Of a stretch of 64,000 bases of DNA, positions 49,312 to 58,566 are shown piece after piece. Where the stretch lies: positions 34,111 through 98,110 of the forward strand of contig JACPGU010000001.1 in assembly GCA_016188915.1 (NCBI GenBank), in the 5' to 3' direction. Positions within the stretch are counted from its first letter, which is position 1. Each line of letters opens with the position of its first letter. Both the position numbers and the translations under genes were made by a program. The notes beneath the pieces were generated by a model, which saw nothing but the letters and a program-made list of their open reading frames with translations, was not told the origin of the DNA and made no database searches. The DNA is from Candidatus Microgenomates bacterium (GTDB taxonomy: Bacteria > Patescibacteriota > JACPGU01).

Positions 49312-49533
49312 TTGGAGGTAGCAATTATGGAAGAAGTCGCAGCAGTAGGAGATGTTTCTGGCGATCCGGCAAAAATAGTCGCGATCGCTAACCGCTTGTA
49401 TGGAAAAATTGTACCAAAGGGCAAGATTGGCCCTCAAAAAAAGAAATTGCTGGAACAAGAAGGGTTCCTCGAAGAAGACCCAAATGGCTTAAGGCTCACT
49501 GAAAAAGCTTTGAAAGCAATTCAAAAAAATTAA
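49312..49533 (+). CDS. Small hypothetical protein (73 aa).
   Basis: SD ggagg 8 nt upstream; extended -10 tgctaaaat upstream; terminator downstream. Confidence 0.5.
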   Translation: MEVAIMEEVAAVGDVSGDPAKIVAIANRLYGKIVPKGKIGPQKKKLLEQEGFLEEDPNGLRLTEKALKAIQKN

Positions 49534-49537
49534 AACT

Positions 49538-49652
49538 GTCCCTCGGAAGGGACAATGGATTTTGCCTCCTAGCGCCTCGCATCCCAATTCTCCGCAACAA
49601 AATTTCCTTCCGCTTTCCGTTCAGCCAGGGCCAACACCCTGGCCTTTTTTTG
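49538..49652 (+). terminator. Two terminator hairpins (gtccct-cgga-agggac; gccagggc-caaca-ccctggc + T7) bracketing a ~70-nt pyrimidine-rich segment.
   Basis: Stem-loops read directly from the sequence; the second has a strong T-run. Confidence 0.55.
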
Positions 49653-49690
49653 CCCCAATTTGCCTGGGGAATGTTTCTTGTGTTATATTT

Positions 49691-49722
49691 ATACCTAATA
49701 CCTAATACTTAATACCAACTCC
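49691..49722 (+). promoter_or_regulatory. TTAATAC-type heptad array ending ...TTAATACCAACTCC immediately before ATG 49723.
   Basis: ATACCTAATACCTAATACTTAATACCAACTCC-ATGG; near-identical to the context at rpmF (58252..58284). Confidence 0.45.
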
Positions 49723-50379
49723 ATGGACTGTATTATTCTCGCCGGTGGCAAGGGCACTCGGATGGAAAGTCCCATTCCGAAAGTGCTGACTGAAGTCAAA
49801 GGCAAAGCCATTATCGCCCATCAAATAGATTATTTGAAAGACAAAGTGGACAAGATCGTCTTGGCTTTGGGTTTTCAGGCTGAAAAGGTCGCGCAATATA
49901 TTAAAGAAAAATATCCCGAGAGCTCTATTGAGCTTTCTTTTGAGGACGAACCTTTAGGCACCGGTGGCGCGACCAAAAAGGCGCTAGGACTCACTTCCAG
50001 CAAATTCGTTTTGGTTCTAAATAGTGACGATATCACCGATATTGACCCAAAAGATTTGGAAAAATACGCAGAAAGCGCGATTTGCGTCGCCCATCCCCGA
50101 CTGCCTTTCGGGTTAATTGAAGAAAAAGAAGGCTACGCCCGATTCGTCTTCAATCCTATTCTGGAAGACAGGTTGGTTCATATCGGCTGGCACATGCTCT
50201 CTCGCGAAGAATATCTGGAGGCTCTTCCTGACAAAGGCAGTATCGAATCTGATGTTTTTCCGAAAATGAAGTTACGCCTTCACCTTCACCAAGGATTTTG
50301 GGGAACCCTAAATAGCAAAAAGGATATTAGTAATTTTGAGCAAAGAACAGATTTGCCGGCATCATTAGAAATAAAATAA
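49723..50379 (+). CDS. Sugar-phosphate nucleotidyltransferase family protein.
   Basis: ILAGGKGTRM...P..PKVL N-terminal NTP-transferase signature. Confidence 0.7.
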   Translation: MDCIILAGGKGTRMESPIPKVLTEVKGKAIIAHQIDYLKDKVDKIVLALGFQAEKVAQYIKEKYPESSIELSFEDEPLGTGGATKKALGLTSSKFVLVLNSDDITDIDPKDLEKYAESAICVAHPRLPFGLIEEKEGYARFVFNPILEDRLVHIGWHMLSREEYLEALPDKGSIESDVFPKMKLRLHLHQGFWGTLNSKKDISNFEQRTDLPASLEIK

Positions 50380-50382
50380 AAA

Positions 50383-50931
50383 ATGAAAAATAAAAATAAT
50401 AAAGCCTGGCTTTTTTCGATTTACCTTGCGTTAGCTTTTTTTGTAGCTGTTATTTTTTATTCTAATACTTCTTTTTTTTACAAAAATAATGCCAATATAG
50501 CGGAATGGAAGACCTATATCAATCAAAATTATGGCTTCGGTTTGCGTTATCCAAAAAATTGGGTGTATGAATATGACGATTCGGACGAAAGAGGTTTTGG
50601 CGTAAGCGATGGATTGAGTTTTTATCTTGACTCTTCACTTGCTTCCAATGTCAACCTAGATAGCAATGATTATTATCTTAAGATAAACATCTACAAAAAT
50701 GATCAAAAATATCCCCTGCAAGATTTTGTCGCCAAAGACGCGAAGAGTGAATTGATTGATGCTGGTGAAAAAGGATTAGTTTTGGTCGTTGACGCGGTTG
50801 CTTCTTCGGAAAAAAAGTATTATTTCCAAACCAATTATGGCTTTGTAATCGCTTTTGAATCAGGCAATAATCTGCCTAAAAAAACTTTTGATACTATATT
50901 CAAAAGTATAGAAATTTTAGCGACCAATTGA
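50383..50931 (+). CDS. Membrane-anchored hypothetical protein.
   Basis: N-terminal TM helix; ORF only. Confidence 0.45.
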   Translation: MKNKNNKAWLFSIYLALAFFVAVIFYSNTSFFYKNNANIAEWKTYINQNYGFGLRYPKNWVYEYDDSDERGFGVSDGLSFYLDSSLASNVNLDSNDYYLKINIYKNDQKYPLQDFVAKDAKSELIDAGEKGLVLVVDAVASSEKKYYFQTNYGFVIAFESGNNLPKKTFDTIFKSIEILATN

Positions 50932-52265
50932 TGATAAAGGCAAAAATAGAAAAACTAGTTTTTGGCGGACAAGGTCTTGCGCACATTGATGCCAAGACCT
51001 TTTTGTTATGGAACGCTTTGCCGAGCGAAGTGATGGAGGTGGAAAACTGGAAGAAAAAAGCGGGGATTTTTGATGGTATTGCGAAAAATATCATGGGGCC
51101 TTCTCCTCGCAGAATAGAGCCGAAGGAAAATCATTTCCTCTCCTGTTCTCCGTGGCAAATAATGGACTGGGAATACGAAAACGAACAAAAGATAGAGATT
51201 GCCAAAGAAACCTTTGAAAAAATTACAAAATTAAAAATTGTCCCGCCACATATATCTGAGAATAAAATGGTAGGCGGGATCCCGCTGGAAGCGTGGAAAA
51301 ATTTAAAAATTACGGCTAACAAGTCGTCTTACGGTTATCGCAACAAAATGGAATTTTCTTTTGCGGAAACGGATGGACAGATAACGCTGGCGCTTTTTGG
51401 TCGTGGCTCACACGAGAAAGTGCCTCTCACTGGTTGCGAATTGGCGCATCCGGCTATTAATAGAACTGCGCGAGAAATTTTGGCTTGGATCAATGAAGCG
51501 AAAATTCCTCTCCGCTCACTAAAAACTTTGATTGTTCGTAGTAATCAAAAAGGCGAGACGCTTGCGGGATTGTTTTTGAAAGATCGCCTACCGCAAATTG
51601 TCGCAAATTTAAGCGAATTATCACAAAAAATACAAGGCTTCTGGATCTATTATTCCACGCACCAGTCCCCTGCTTCCGTGCCAACCGAGTTGCTCTATCA
51701 CGAAGGCGCGGATTTTTTGGAAGAAGAAATTTTCGGGAAAAAACTGCGCTATGGACTCTTCAGTTTTTTTCAAGTCAATGTGCCGGTTTTTGCCAAAGCT
51801 CTCGCGGATATGGCGGATTTTGTTAAGGATACCGCGAATATTTTGGACTTATATAGTGGTGTCGGCGCGATAGGGATTTGCTTGGCTGATAAAAATCAGC
51901 GTTTAATTTCGGTTGATAACAATGAGGAGTCTATTAATTTCGCTAAACGAAATACTGGACTTAACGGAATGAAAAATTGCGAGGCCATTATCGCTTCCAC
52001 AGAAAAAGCGCTAGATCTGATAATGCCAGATCAAATATTGATTTTGGATCCTCCCCGTTCTGGCTTGCACAAAAAAGTGATTGAAAAAATCCTGGAAATT
52101 CAGCCCAAAAAAATAGTTTATTTATCATGTAATCTCTCAACCCAAGCCAGAGATGTGTCTATGCTTAATACTAATTACTTAATACTTGATACTAGTTTGT
52201 ACAATTTCTTCCCCCGCACTCCACATATTGAGGGACTAGTAATTTTGGAGAAAAAAGAGACCTAG
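50928..52265 (+). CDS. RumA/TrmA-family 23S rRNA (uracil-5-)-methyltransferase. Carries an in-frame insert encoded by the repeat element.
   Basis: TRAM-like N-terminus; SAM motifs LDLYSGVGAIG, DPPRSG. Insert ...KITKLKIVPPHISENKMVGGIPLEAWKNLKIT. Confidence 0.8.
   Translation: MMIKAKIEKLVFGGQGLAHIDAKTFLLWNALPSEVMEVENWKKKAGIFDGIAKNIMGPSPRRIEPKENHFLSCSPWQIMDWEYENEQKIEIAKETFEKITKLKIVPPHISENKMVGGIPLEAWKNLKITANKSSYGYRNKMEFSFAETDGQITLALFGRGSHEKVPLTGCELAHPAINRTAREILAWINEAKIPLRSLKTLIVRSNQKGETLAGLFLKDRLPQIVANLSELSQKIQGFWIYYSTHQSPASVPTELLYHEGADFLEEEIFGKKLRYGLFSFFQVNVPVFAKALADMADFVKDTANILDLYSGVGAIGICLADKNQRLISVDNNEESINFAKRNTGLNGMKNCEAIIASTEKALDLIMPDQILILDPPRSGLHKKVIEKILEIQPKKIVYLSCNLSTQARDVSMLNTNYLILDTSLYNFFPRTPHIEGLVILEKKET
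51235..51298 (+). repeat. Copy 3 of the ~65-nt conserved core element (reverse complement relative to copies 1 and 2 on + coordinates, so the same orientation relative to its host gene).
   Basis: aaaattgtcccgccacatatatctgagaataaaatggtaggcgggatcccgctggaagcgtgga is about 85% identical to the reverse complement of 16032..16096. Confidence 0.8.
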
Positions 52266-52266
52266 A

Positions 52267-53046
52267 TTACCTTATCTCATAGGTTAGATTAACTGTAATA
52301 GCCACCTCTGTTGAGCCGGGCTCTATTGAGGACGATGGAGATGTCGCATCGGTTTCTACCCCATCTCCTCCCCTGCCCAATCCTTCAGCAGCATACATAG
52401 GCACAGGATAATTATCTTCATAGACAGAAACCAGCTTTCCCAGACGAAATCCGCCAGATTTTGCCATAAAAAGAGCTTTTTCACGGGCTGACTCCATCGC
52501 TTTTCCGCGAGCTTCATTTTCTACTTTTTCCTTATCTTCAATAGTAAAGTATAGTCCAGAGACAGAATTTGCTCCATTTTTTACAACGCCATTCAGTATC
52601 TCTCCTACTTTGCTAAAATCGCGTATCTTTACCTCTACTGTCTGTTCTATCCTGTACCCAGTAATGGCGGGCGGAGGGCAAACACCGTTTTCGCTACAAT
52701 CGTAGTATTCGTATTCTGGATTGAGATTGTATCCAGAGGTTTTGATATCTTTGCTGTCTACCCCATTTTTCTTTATATAATCTATCGCTCTATTTATTTT
52801 TTCAGCGTTGTCTTTTTGCAGTTTGGCTACATCTTTATTTTGGTCTCCCGAGCTAATAACGGAAAAATTAAATTGTGCTATATCGGGAGTAAAAACAGAT
52901 TTTCCAACGCCCGAAACGGAAAAAGAAGGCAGGTTGTTTCTTTGTGTGGAAACATAATAAGCAAAACTAGCTACCGCTATCGAAAGAGTAATTATACCAA
53001 TGACAATTATCGCGATGGCGCTATAATATTTTTTTAACATTTTCAC
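52267..53046 (-). CDS. SIMPL/DUF541 domain protein, membrane-anchored.
   Basis: N-terminal TM helix; the C-terminus is typical of the 26-kDa periplasmic immunogenic protein family. Confidence 0.55.
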   Translation of the reverse strand: MKMLKKYYSAIAIIVIGIITLSIAVASFAYYVSTQRNNLPSFSVSGVGKSVFTPDIAQFNFSVISSGDQNKDVAKLQKDNAEKINRAIDYIKKNGVDSKDIKTSGYNLNPEYEYYDCSENGVCPPPAITGYRIEQTVEVKIRDFSKVGEILNGVVKNGANSVSGLYFTIEDKEKVENEARGKAMESAREKALFMAKSGGFRLGKLVSVYEDNYPVPMYAAEGLGRGGDGVETDATSPSSSIEPGSTEVAITVNLTYEIR

Positions 53047-53115
53047 CTCCTTTTAGATTTGCTTTTTTTATAATTACAATTTAGAATAATTTTATCAGAA
53101 TCAATAATTTTTTCT

Positions 53116-53880
53116 ATGGCAATATACATTGCTGGGAGTTTTGTTGTTTTGGCAGGTTTGTGGTTTTGGTACTCTTGGCGCTATCAAGTTCTTCCTCAAT
53201 CAGCCATCTATCTTTTGGACGATATCCCCGAGCCCAAAAAAAACGAGAGGATAATTGTTTTTTCTCCCCATCCAGACGATGAGACAATAGCTGCTGGTGG
53301 CTATATCGCCGCCGCCGCCCACAATGGTGCTGAAGTCTGGATGGTTTTGGTTACCGATGGTAATAGGCACGGTCTGGAACAAAAAAGATATGATGAATTC
53401 CGCAGGTCCGCGGATATTTTGGGAGTCAAAAGACGCAATCTTTTTTTTCTTAATTATGCCGATGGCACTTTGTCCAAACAAAATACAACCATGCTAGAAT
53501 CACGGTTTTCCAGAATCGTTGCCAAAATAAAACCCGATATTATTATCGCGCCACACAAAAATGACCACCATGCCGATCACGCCATCATCGGCAAGGCTAT
53601 CAGTAATATCGCAACCAAAAAAATCGTTGTCTATTACTATTTGGTGCATCACGCGAGATTTCCTCTACCTAGAAAATTTGATCCAGAATTCTATCTTCTG
53701 CCGCCCATAAAAATGATTAGTTTTGATCAAAAATGGTACCGTTTTATGATTGCCAGAGTTAACGAAGATATTAAGCACGAGGCTGTTTTACAATACAAGA
53801 CGCAACTGCGCTTTCCTCCGCTGCGCAATCTTTTGCTCGGACTGATCAGAAGAAATGAATTATTTGTTAAAGACGAATAA
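53116..53880 (+). CDS. PIG-L/LmbE family deacetylase, membrane-anchored.
   Basis: IIVFSPHPDDETIAAGG...HNGAEVWMVLVTDGN...HADH motifs. Confidence 0.75.
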   Translation: MAIYIAGSFVVLAGLWFWYSWRYQVLPQSAIYLLDDIPEPKKNERIIVFSPHPDDETIAAGGYIAAAAHNGAEVWMVLVTDGNRHGLEQKRYDEFRRSADILGVKRRNLFFLNYADGTLSKQNTTMLESRFSRIVAKIKPDIIIAPHKNDHHADHAIIGKAISNIATKKIVVYYYLVHHARFPLPRKFDPEFYLLPPIKMISFDQKWYRFMIARVNEDIKHEAVLQYKTQLRFPPLRNLLLGLIRRNELFVKDE

Positions 53881-53888
53881 ATATACCT

Positions 53889-54812
53889 ATGCCAAAAATA
53901 GCCGATTACGACAAAAACAATTACGATTACGAGACCTATTGGAGCGACAAAAATGTGCGTCGAGACTATGAAGATCAGGCCGAAAGGATAGCCATAGGTA
54001 GACTACTACCTCGTCATGGCAGCTGGTTCTGTGATTTAGGAGCGGGTTTTGGCCGGCTTTTTGATACTTATGAGAATCGCTTTGATCATATTATTCTAGC
54101 TGATTATTCGCTAGAGAATATGAAAAAAGCTAAAAAAAGAATTAACCCTGACGGTAAAAAACCGGGAATTTATTTTTTTGCTCTCAACGCCTACCATCTA
54201 CCTTTTTCTAATGATTCTTTAGACAATATTATGTCAGTCAGAATGCTTCACCACATAGAAGATCCCCAGACCGTCATCCGTGAGATTAAAAGAGTTCTTT
54301 CTGTCAACGGAATATTTTTATTAGAATACGCCAATAAAAAACATTTTTGGGCAGTAATCAAATATTTTTTAGGCAAGGGAAAAATAAATCCTTTCAAAAA
54401 AATACCGGAAGCGCAAGGAGATCTTTTCTACAATTTTCATCCTCATCACATTCATTCGCTTTTCCATATTGAGTCTTTGGCTATCAACAAGGTGCTTTCC
54501 GTTTCTAATCTCCGCCACAAAATTTTTAAAAAAATATTGCCCAGAACAATTCTTTTGGCTTTAGAAAGTATTTTTCAAGTCTCTCTGTCCCCTATTACTT
54601 TTGGTCCCAGTATTTTTATCAAAACACAAAAATCCGGTAGAGTCAGCGACAACAGAAAGCCAGCCATCCAATTAAAAGATATTGTGATTTGTCCTCTTTG
54701 TTTAGAATCTCTGGCGCAATGTTTGCCAAAAACTGATAACGGCGAAGTCAAATGTGGCAAATGTCAATCTATCTACCCAATAATTGACGGCATTTACGAT
54801 TTTCGCGTATAA
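53889..54812 (+). CDS. Class I SAM-dependent methyltransferase with a C-terminal Trm112-like zinc ribbon.
   Basis: DLGAGFGRL glycine motif; C-terminal CPLC...CGKCQSIYPIIDGIYDF. Confidence 0.65.
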   Translation: MPKIADYDKNNYDYETYWSDKNVRRDYEDQAERIAIGRLLPRHGSWFCDLGAGFGRLFDTYENRFDHIILADYSLENMKKAKKRINPDGKKPGIYFFALNAYHLPFSNDSLDNIMSVRMLHHIEDPQTVIREIKRVLSVNGIFLLEYANKKHFWAVIKYFLGKGKINPFKKIPEAQGDLFYNFHPHHIHSLFHIESLAINKVLSVSNLRHKIFKKILPRTILLALESIFQVSLSPITFGPSIFIKTQKSGRVSDNRKPAIQLKDIVICPLCLESLAQCLPKTDNGEVKCGKCQSIYPIIDGIYDFRV

Positions 54813-54922
54813 TAGTACTACAAATATACGAATACCGACCAATGGGCTTGAAGGATTACGAGAAAATAGAGCCATTCTAGATCAGCATTTGTATATTTGT
54901 ACTTAATTTGTAAATTAGTAGT

Positions 54923-55117
54923 ATGCTTGAAGATCAAAAAGAAGATTATGACAAGCCAGATATCGTGGGCGAGATTGATACCGTTCACGAAGAGATAGAG
55001 TATCTGGAAAAAAAGAAAAAAATTCCTGTCTGGATTTGGTTAGGGTTGATTATTGTTGTTTCTATTTTGACTCTGATGATCACCGCCAATCAAAGTCCGA
55101 CTTTGATTGTGCAGTAA
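54923..55117 (+). CDS. Small membrane protein candidate (64 aa).
   Basis: ORF with one TM helix and no clear RBS. Confidence 0.25.
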   Translation: MLEDQKEDYDKPDIVGEIDTVHEEIEYLEKKKKIPVWIWLGLIIVVSILTLMITANQSPTLIVQ

Positions 55118-55567
55118 AGCTCTTTAACTTCGCGCTATTTTCAGTTCCGATGATATCGGGGCTAGACCAATCATGGAGGAAACGATGGGGAAAAAAGTTC
55201 CAGAAGAAGAAAGAGAAAGGAAGAAGGATGAAAAAAGAAGGATTTTCCCTCCGCCCGACGATGGCAATGAGCAAAGACTAGTGGAGTCACCGGTGCCACC
55301 CAGTGTTCCAATCTTTTTCGGTTCCTCACCGGCAACTTCCGGAGTAATCGTCGTCGGAGGTCCAGCCAATGGGTGAAAAAAATACTCCCACTCGCGGACA
55401 GACATTGAAATCACAGAAAAGGAAGGAACGCTTTAGGCGCATAAGAGAATTAATGGCCAAATTTTATTCTCGGCGCCAGCCCTCTCCCTCTCCAACACCT
55501 TCTCGCGCCAAAATTTGACTTTTCGGAGGCTTCCGCCTGGAAGATTTCTGTAACCTCCTTAAATATC

Positions 55568-55599
55568 GCCCTCTGGTTTTCGTGGAGGGCACTTTTTTT
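55568..55599 (+). terminator. Rho-independent terminator (gccctc...gagggc + T7).
   Basis: Stem-loop followed by a T-run. Confidence 0.55.
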
Positions 55600-55706
55600 A
55601 CTCAAAATACTAATTGCGCGAATTGCATTTTGTTCTTTCCGATGTTAATATACGAATTGATGCGAATCTACAAATGAAATACGAATAATTTTTTTTAACA
55701 CAAAAC

Positions 55707-58214
55707 ATGAAGGCATATAGTCCTCAAAAAATAGAACCTAAATGGCAAAAGATTTGGGAAGAGAAAGGTATCTTCTCCGCTCTTGATTTTGACCAGAAGC
55801 CGAAGAAATACCTGCTTTTTGAATTCCCCTATCCTTCGGGCGACAGGCTCCATGTCGGTCACGCTCGTTCTTACACGGCTCTGGACGCGATGGCAAGAAA
55901 AGCTAGAATGGAAGGCTACAATGTGCTCCTGCCAATGGGTTGGGACGCCTTTGGCTTGCCGACCGAAAATTACGCGATCAAGAATAAAATCAGCCCGCAG
56001 AAAGTGACAGTCGAAAATATCGCCAATTCTAAAAAACAGGCGCAATCTTGGGGGTTATCGATTGACTGGAATCGAGAAATCAATACTACTGATCCGGATT
56101 ATTATAAATGGACGCAATGGATTTTCATTCAATTGTTCAAGCATGGCCTCGCCTATCGCGCTAAAACACAAGTGAACTGGTGCCCATCGTGCAAGACCAC
56201 TCTGGCCAACGAAGAAGTGCTCTCCGATGGCACGCATGAAAGATGCGGTTTTGCGACTGAAAAAAGAGAGCAAGAGCAATGGGTGATAAAAATCACGGCT
56301 TACGCCGACCGCTTGATTGATGACTTGGCGGAAGTAGATTTCTTGGAAAAGATCAAAACCCAGCAAATCAACTGGATCGGAAGAAGTTTAGGCATCAATA
56401 TTTCTTATAATATTGAGGGGCTAGATGGCCAAATAGCCGTCTATACTACTCGCCCCGACACAAATTTCGGAGCAACCTTTATCGTTGTCGCCCCCGAAAG
56501 TGACTTCGTCAAAGAACATTTAAAAGATTTTTCCAATCAAGACGAGATATCTAAATATATTGAAGCCTCGAAGAAAAAAACTGACATAGAGCGTATTGCC
56601 GAGGGCAGAAAAAAAACTGGTGTCAACACGGGGTTGGTCGCCATCAACCACTTAACTGATAAGAAAATGCCTATTTATGTCAGCGATTTCGTTCTGGCCA
56701 CAGTAGGAACGGGTTGCGTGATTGGTGTGCCAGGACACGACATCAGAGATTTTGAATTTGCCACCGAAAAAGGCCTGGAAATTATTCGTGTTGTTGTGGG
56801 TAGTGATGGTGATACTTCCCCTATTACGAAACCAGAACAAGTTCAAGAGGAAAAAGGCAAAATGATTAACAGCGGATTCCTGGACGGCATGGATATTCAT
56901 GAGGCAACTACAAAGATTATGGATTATATAGAGGAAAAAGGTTGGGGCAAAAAAATAAAAAGGTATCATCTTCGCGATTGGATTTTTTCAAGGCAACATT
57001 ATTGGGGAGAACCTATTCCATTGATTTTTTGCAATTTTTGCAAAAAATCAATGGAAGCTCAAAACTCAAAACTCAAAGCTCAAAATAAAGGCGAATCATT
57101 AAATCCCGGTTGGTTTGTCGTGCCGGAGGAAGAGCTACCGGTAAAACTTCCGGAACTGGAACATTATGAACCGTCCGGCACTGGTGAGTCGCCTCTGGCA
57201 AAGATTGCCAACTGGGTTAATGTGAAATGTCCAAGGTGTGGCGGAGAAGCCAAAAGAGAGACCGACACTATGCCCAATTGGGCCGGATCTAATTGGTATT
57301 ATCTAGGCTACCTGCTAAAATCACAAATAACAAATAGCAAATCACAAACATTTTTTAACGAAGAAACAACGAAAATCCTTAAATATTGGATGCCGGTGGA
57401 TTTGTATAATGGCGGAATGGAGCACACCACCCTGCACTTGCTCTATTCGCGTTTTATCTATAAATTCCTTTACGACATCGGTGTGGTGCCGACGAAAGAG
57501 CCCTACGCGCAGAGAAGATCGCACGGAATGATCTTGGGTCCTGATCGGCAAAAAATGAGCAAATCTCGAGGCAATGTCGTCAATCCGGACGAGATTGTGG
57601 CCAAACATGGAGCCGATGCCTTTCGCCTCTACGAAGCCTTCATCGGGCCTTTCGACCAGACTGTTTCTTGGAGCGATGAGTCGCTGGCCGGTTGCTCGCG
57701 TTTTCTTTCTCGCGTCTGGAGCATCAGTCAAGAAAAAGTTTCTGATTCCCCTACCCCACCAGAACTGCTAAAAAAGTTGCACAAAACCATCAAAAAAGTC
57801 GGCGCCGATATTGACGAGATGAAATTCAATACAGCCGTGGCCGCCATGATGGAATTCGTCAACGATTGGCAAAAAGAAAGTTTTTTGAACAAAAAAGACG
57901 CGCAAGATTTCTTGAAGATTCTCTCCCCTTTCGCGCCGCATATCACCGAGGAGCTTTGGGAAATACTGGAGGGCAAGGGTCTGATCGCCGAAAATTCTTG
58001 GCCAAAATATGACGAATCGCTCATCAAAGATACTGTCGTTACCATTGTTATCCAGGAGAATGGCAAACTACGAGGCGATATTGAGGCTCCCTTTGATTCT
58101 AGCGAAGAAGAGATATCGGCTATTTGCCAAAACTCGCCAAAATTTACGCATCTTGTCGAAAATACTAAAAAAGTTATTTACGTAAAAAACAAATTGATTA
58201 ATTTTGTGAAATAG
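55707..58214 (+). CDS. leuS: Leucyl-tRNA synthetase.
   Basis: HVGHARSY (HIGH), KMSKSRGN (KMSKS), CP1 editing domain; 835 aa. Confidence 0.9.
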   Translation: MKAYSPQKIEPKWQKIWEEKGIFSALDFDQKPKKYLLFEFPYPSGDRLHVGHARSYTALDAMARKARMEGYNVLLPMGWDAFGLPTENYAIKNKISPQKVTVENIANSKKQAQSWGLSIDWNREINTTDPDYYKWTQWIFIQLFKHGLAYRAKTQVNWCPSCKTTLANEEVLSDGTHERCGFATEKREQEQWVIKITAYADRLIDDLAEVDFLEKIKTQQINWIGRSLGINISYNIEGLDGQIAVYTTRPDTNFGATFIVVAPESDFVKEHLKDFSNQDEISKYIEASKKKTDIERIAEGRKKTGVNTGLVAINHLTDKKMPIYVSDFVLATVGTGCVIGVPGHDIRDFEFATEKGLEIIRVVVGSDGDTSPITKPEQVQEEKGKMINSGFLDGMDIHEATTKIMDYIEEKGWGKKIKRYHLRDWIFSRQHYWGEPIPLIFCNFCKKSMEAQNSKLKAQNKGESLNPGWFVVPEEELPVKLPELEHYEPSGTGESPLAKIANWVNVKCPRCGGEAKRETDTMPNWAGSNWYYLGYLLKSQITNSKSQTFFNEETTKILKYWMPVDLYNGGMEHTTLHLLYSRFIYKFLYDIGVVPTKEPYAQRRSHGMILGPDRQKMSKSRGNVVNPDEIVAKHGADAFRLYEAFIGPFDQTVSWSDESLAGCSRFLSRVWSISQEKVSDSPTPPELLKKLHKTIKKVGADIDEMKFNTAVAAMMEFVNDWQKESFLNKKDAQDFLKILSPFAPHITEELWEILEGKGLIAENSWPKYDESLIKDTVVTIVIQENGKLRGDIEAPFDSSEEEISAICQNSPKFTHLVENTKKVIYVKNKLINFVK

Positions 58215-58251
58215 TTTACAAAAATAGCTTTTTGTTCTATACTCAATACGT

Positions 58252-58284
58252 TATACTTAATACTTAATACTTAATACCAATTCA
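58252..58284 (+). promoter_or_regulatory. TTAATAC heptad array (x4) ending ...TTAATACCAATTCA immediately before the rpmF ATG.
   Basis: TTATACTTAATACTTAATACTTAATACCAATTCA-ATGG. Confidence 0.45.
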
Positions 58285-58473
58285 ATGGCCGAGCCGAAAA
58301 AACGTAAAAGCAAGGCGGCGACTAGACTGCGCCGTCGTAAAAACCAAGAAATTACTCTTTCTGGTGTTTCCCTGTGCCCGCAATGCAAATCTCCCTTTAC
58401 CCCTCATCGAGCATGCGGAGTTTGTGGCACATACAGGGGAAGACAAGTGGTCAAGGCTAAAACTAAGAAGTAA
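58285..58473 (+). CDS. rpmF: 50S ribosomal protein L32.
   Basis: MAEPKKRKSKAATRLRRR...CPQC...C..CG.Y zinc-ribbon L32. Confidence 0.85.
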   Translation: MAEPKKRKSKAATRLRRRKNQEITLSGVSLCPQCKSPFTPHRACGVCGTYRGRQVVKAKTKK

Positions 58474-58566
58474 TTTTTATAATTTTTAATTTTGTAATTT
58501 TTGAAATAATTCCTTAATTTCTAATGTTTAAAAATTAGGATTTAAGGCTTATTTAAAAATTAAAAA

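Noticed and set aside
54821-55650. Direct repeats AATATACGAAT flanking an ~830-bp segment with two small ORFs, which looked like target-site duplications of an inserted element.
   Set aside because: An 11-mer recurs by chance hundreds of times in 64 kb at this base composition, and there is no integrase/transposase gene and no terminal inverted repeats.
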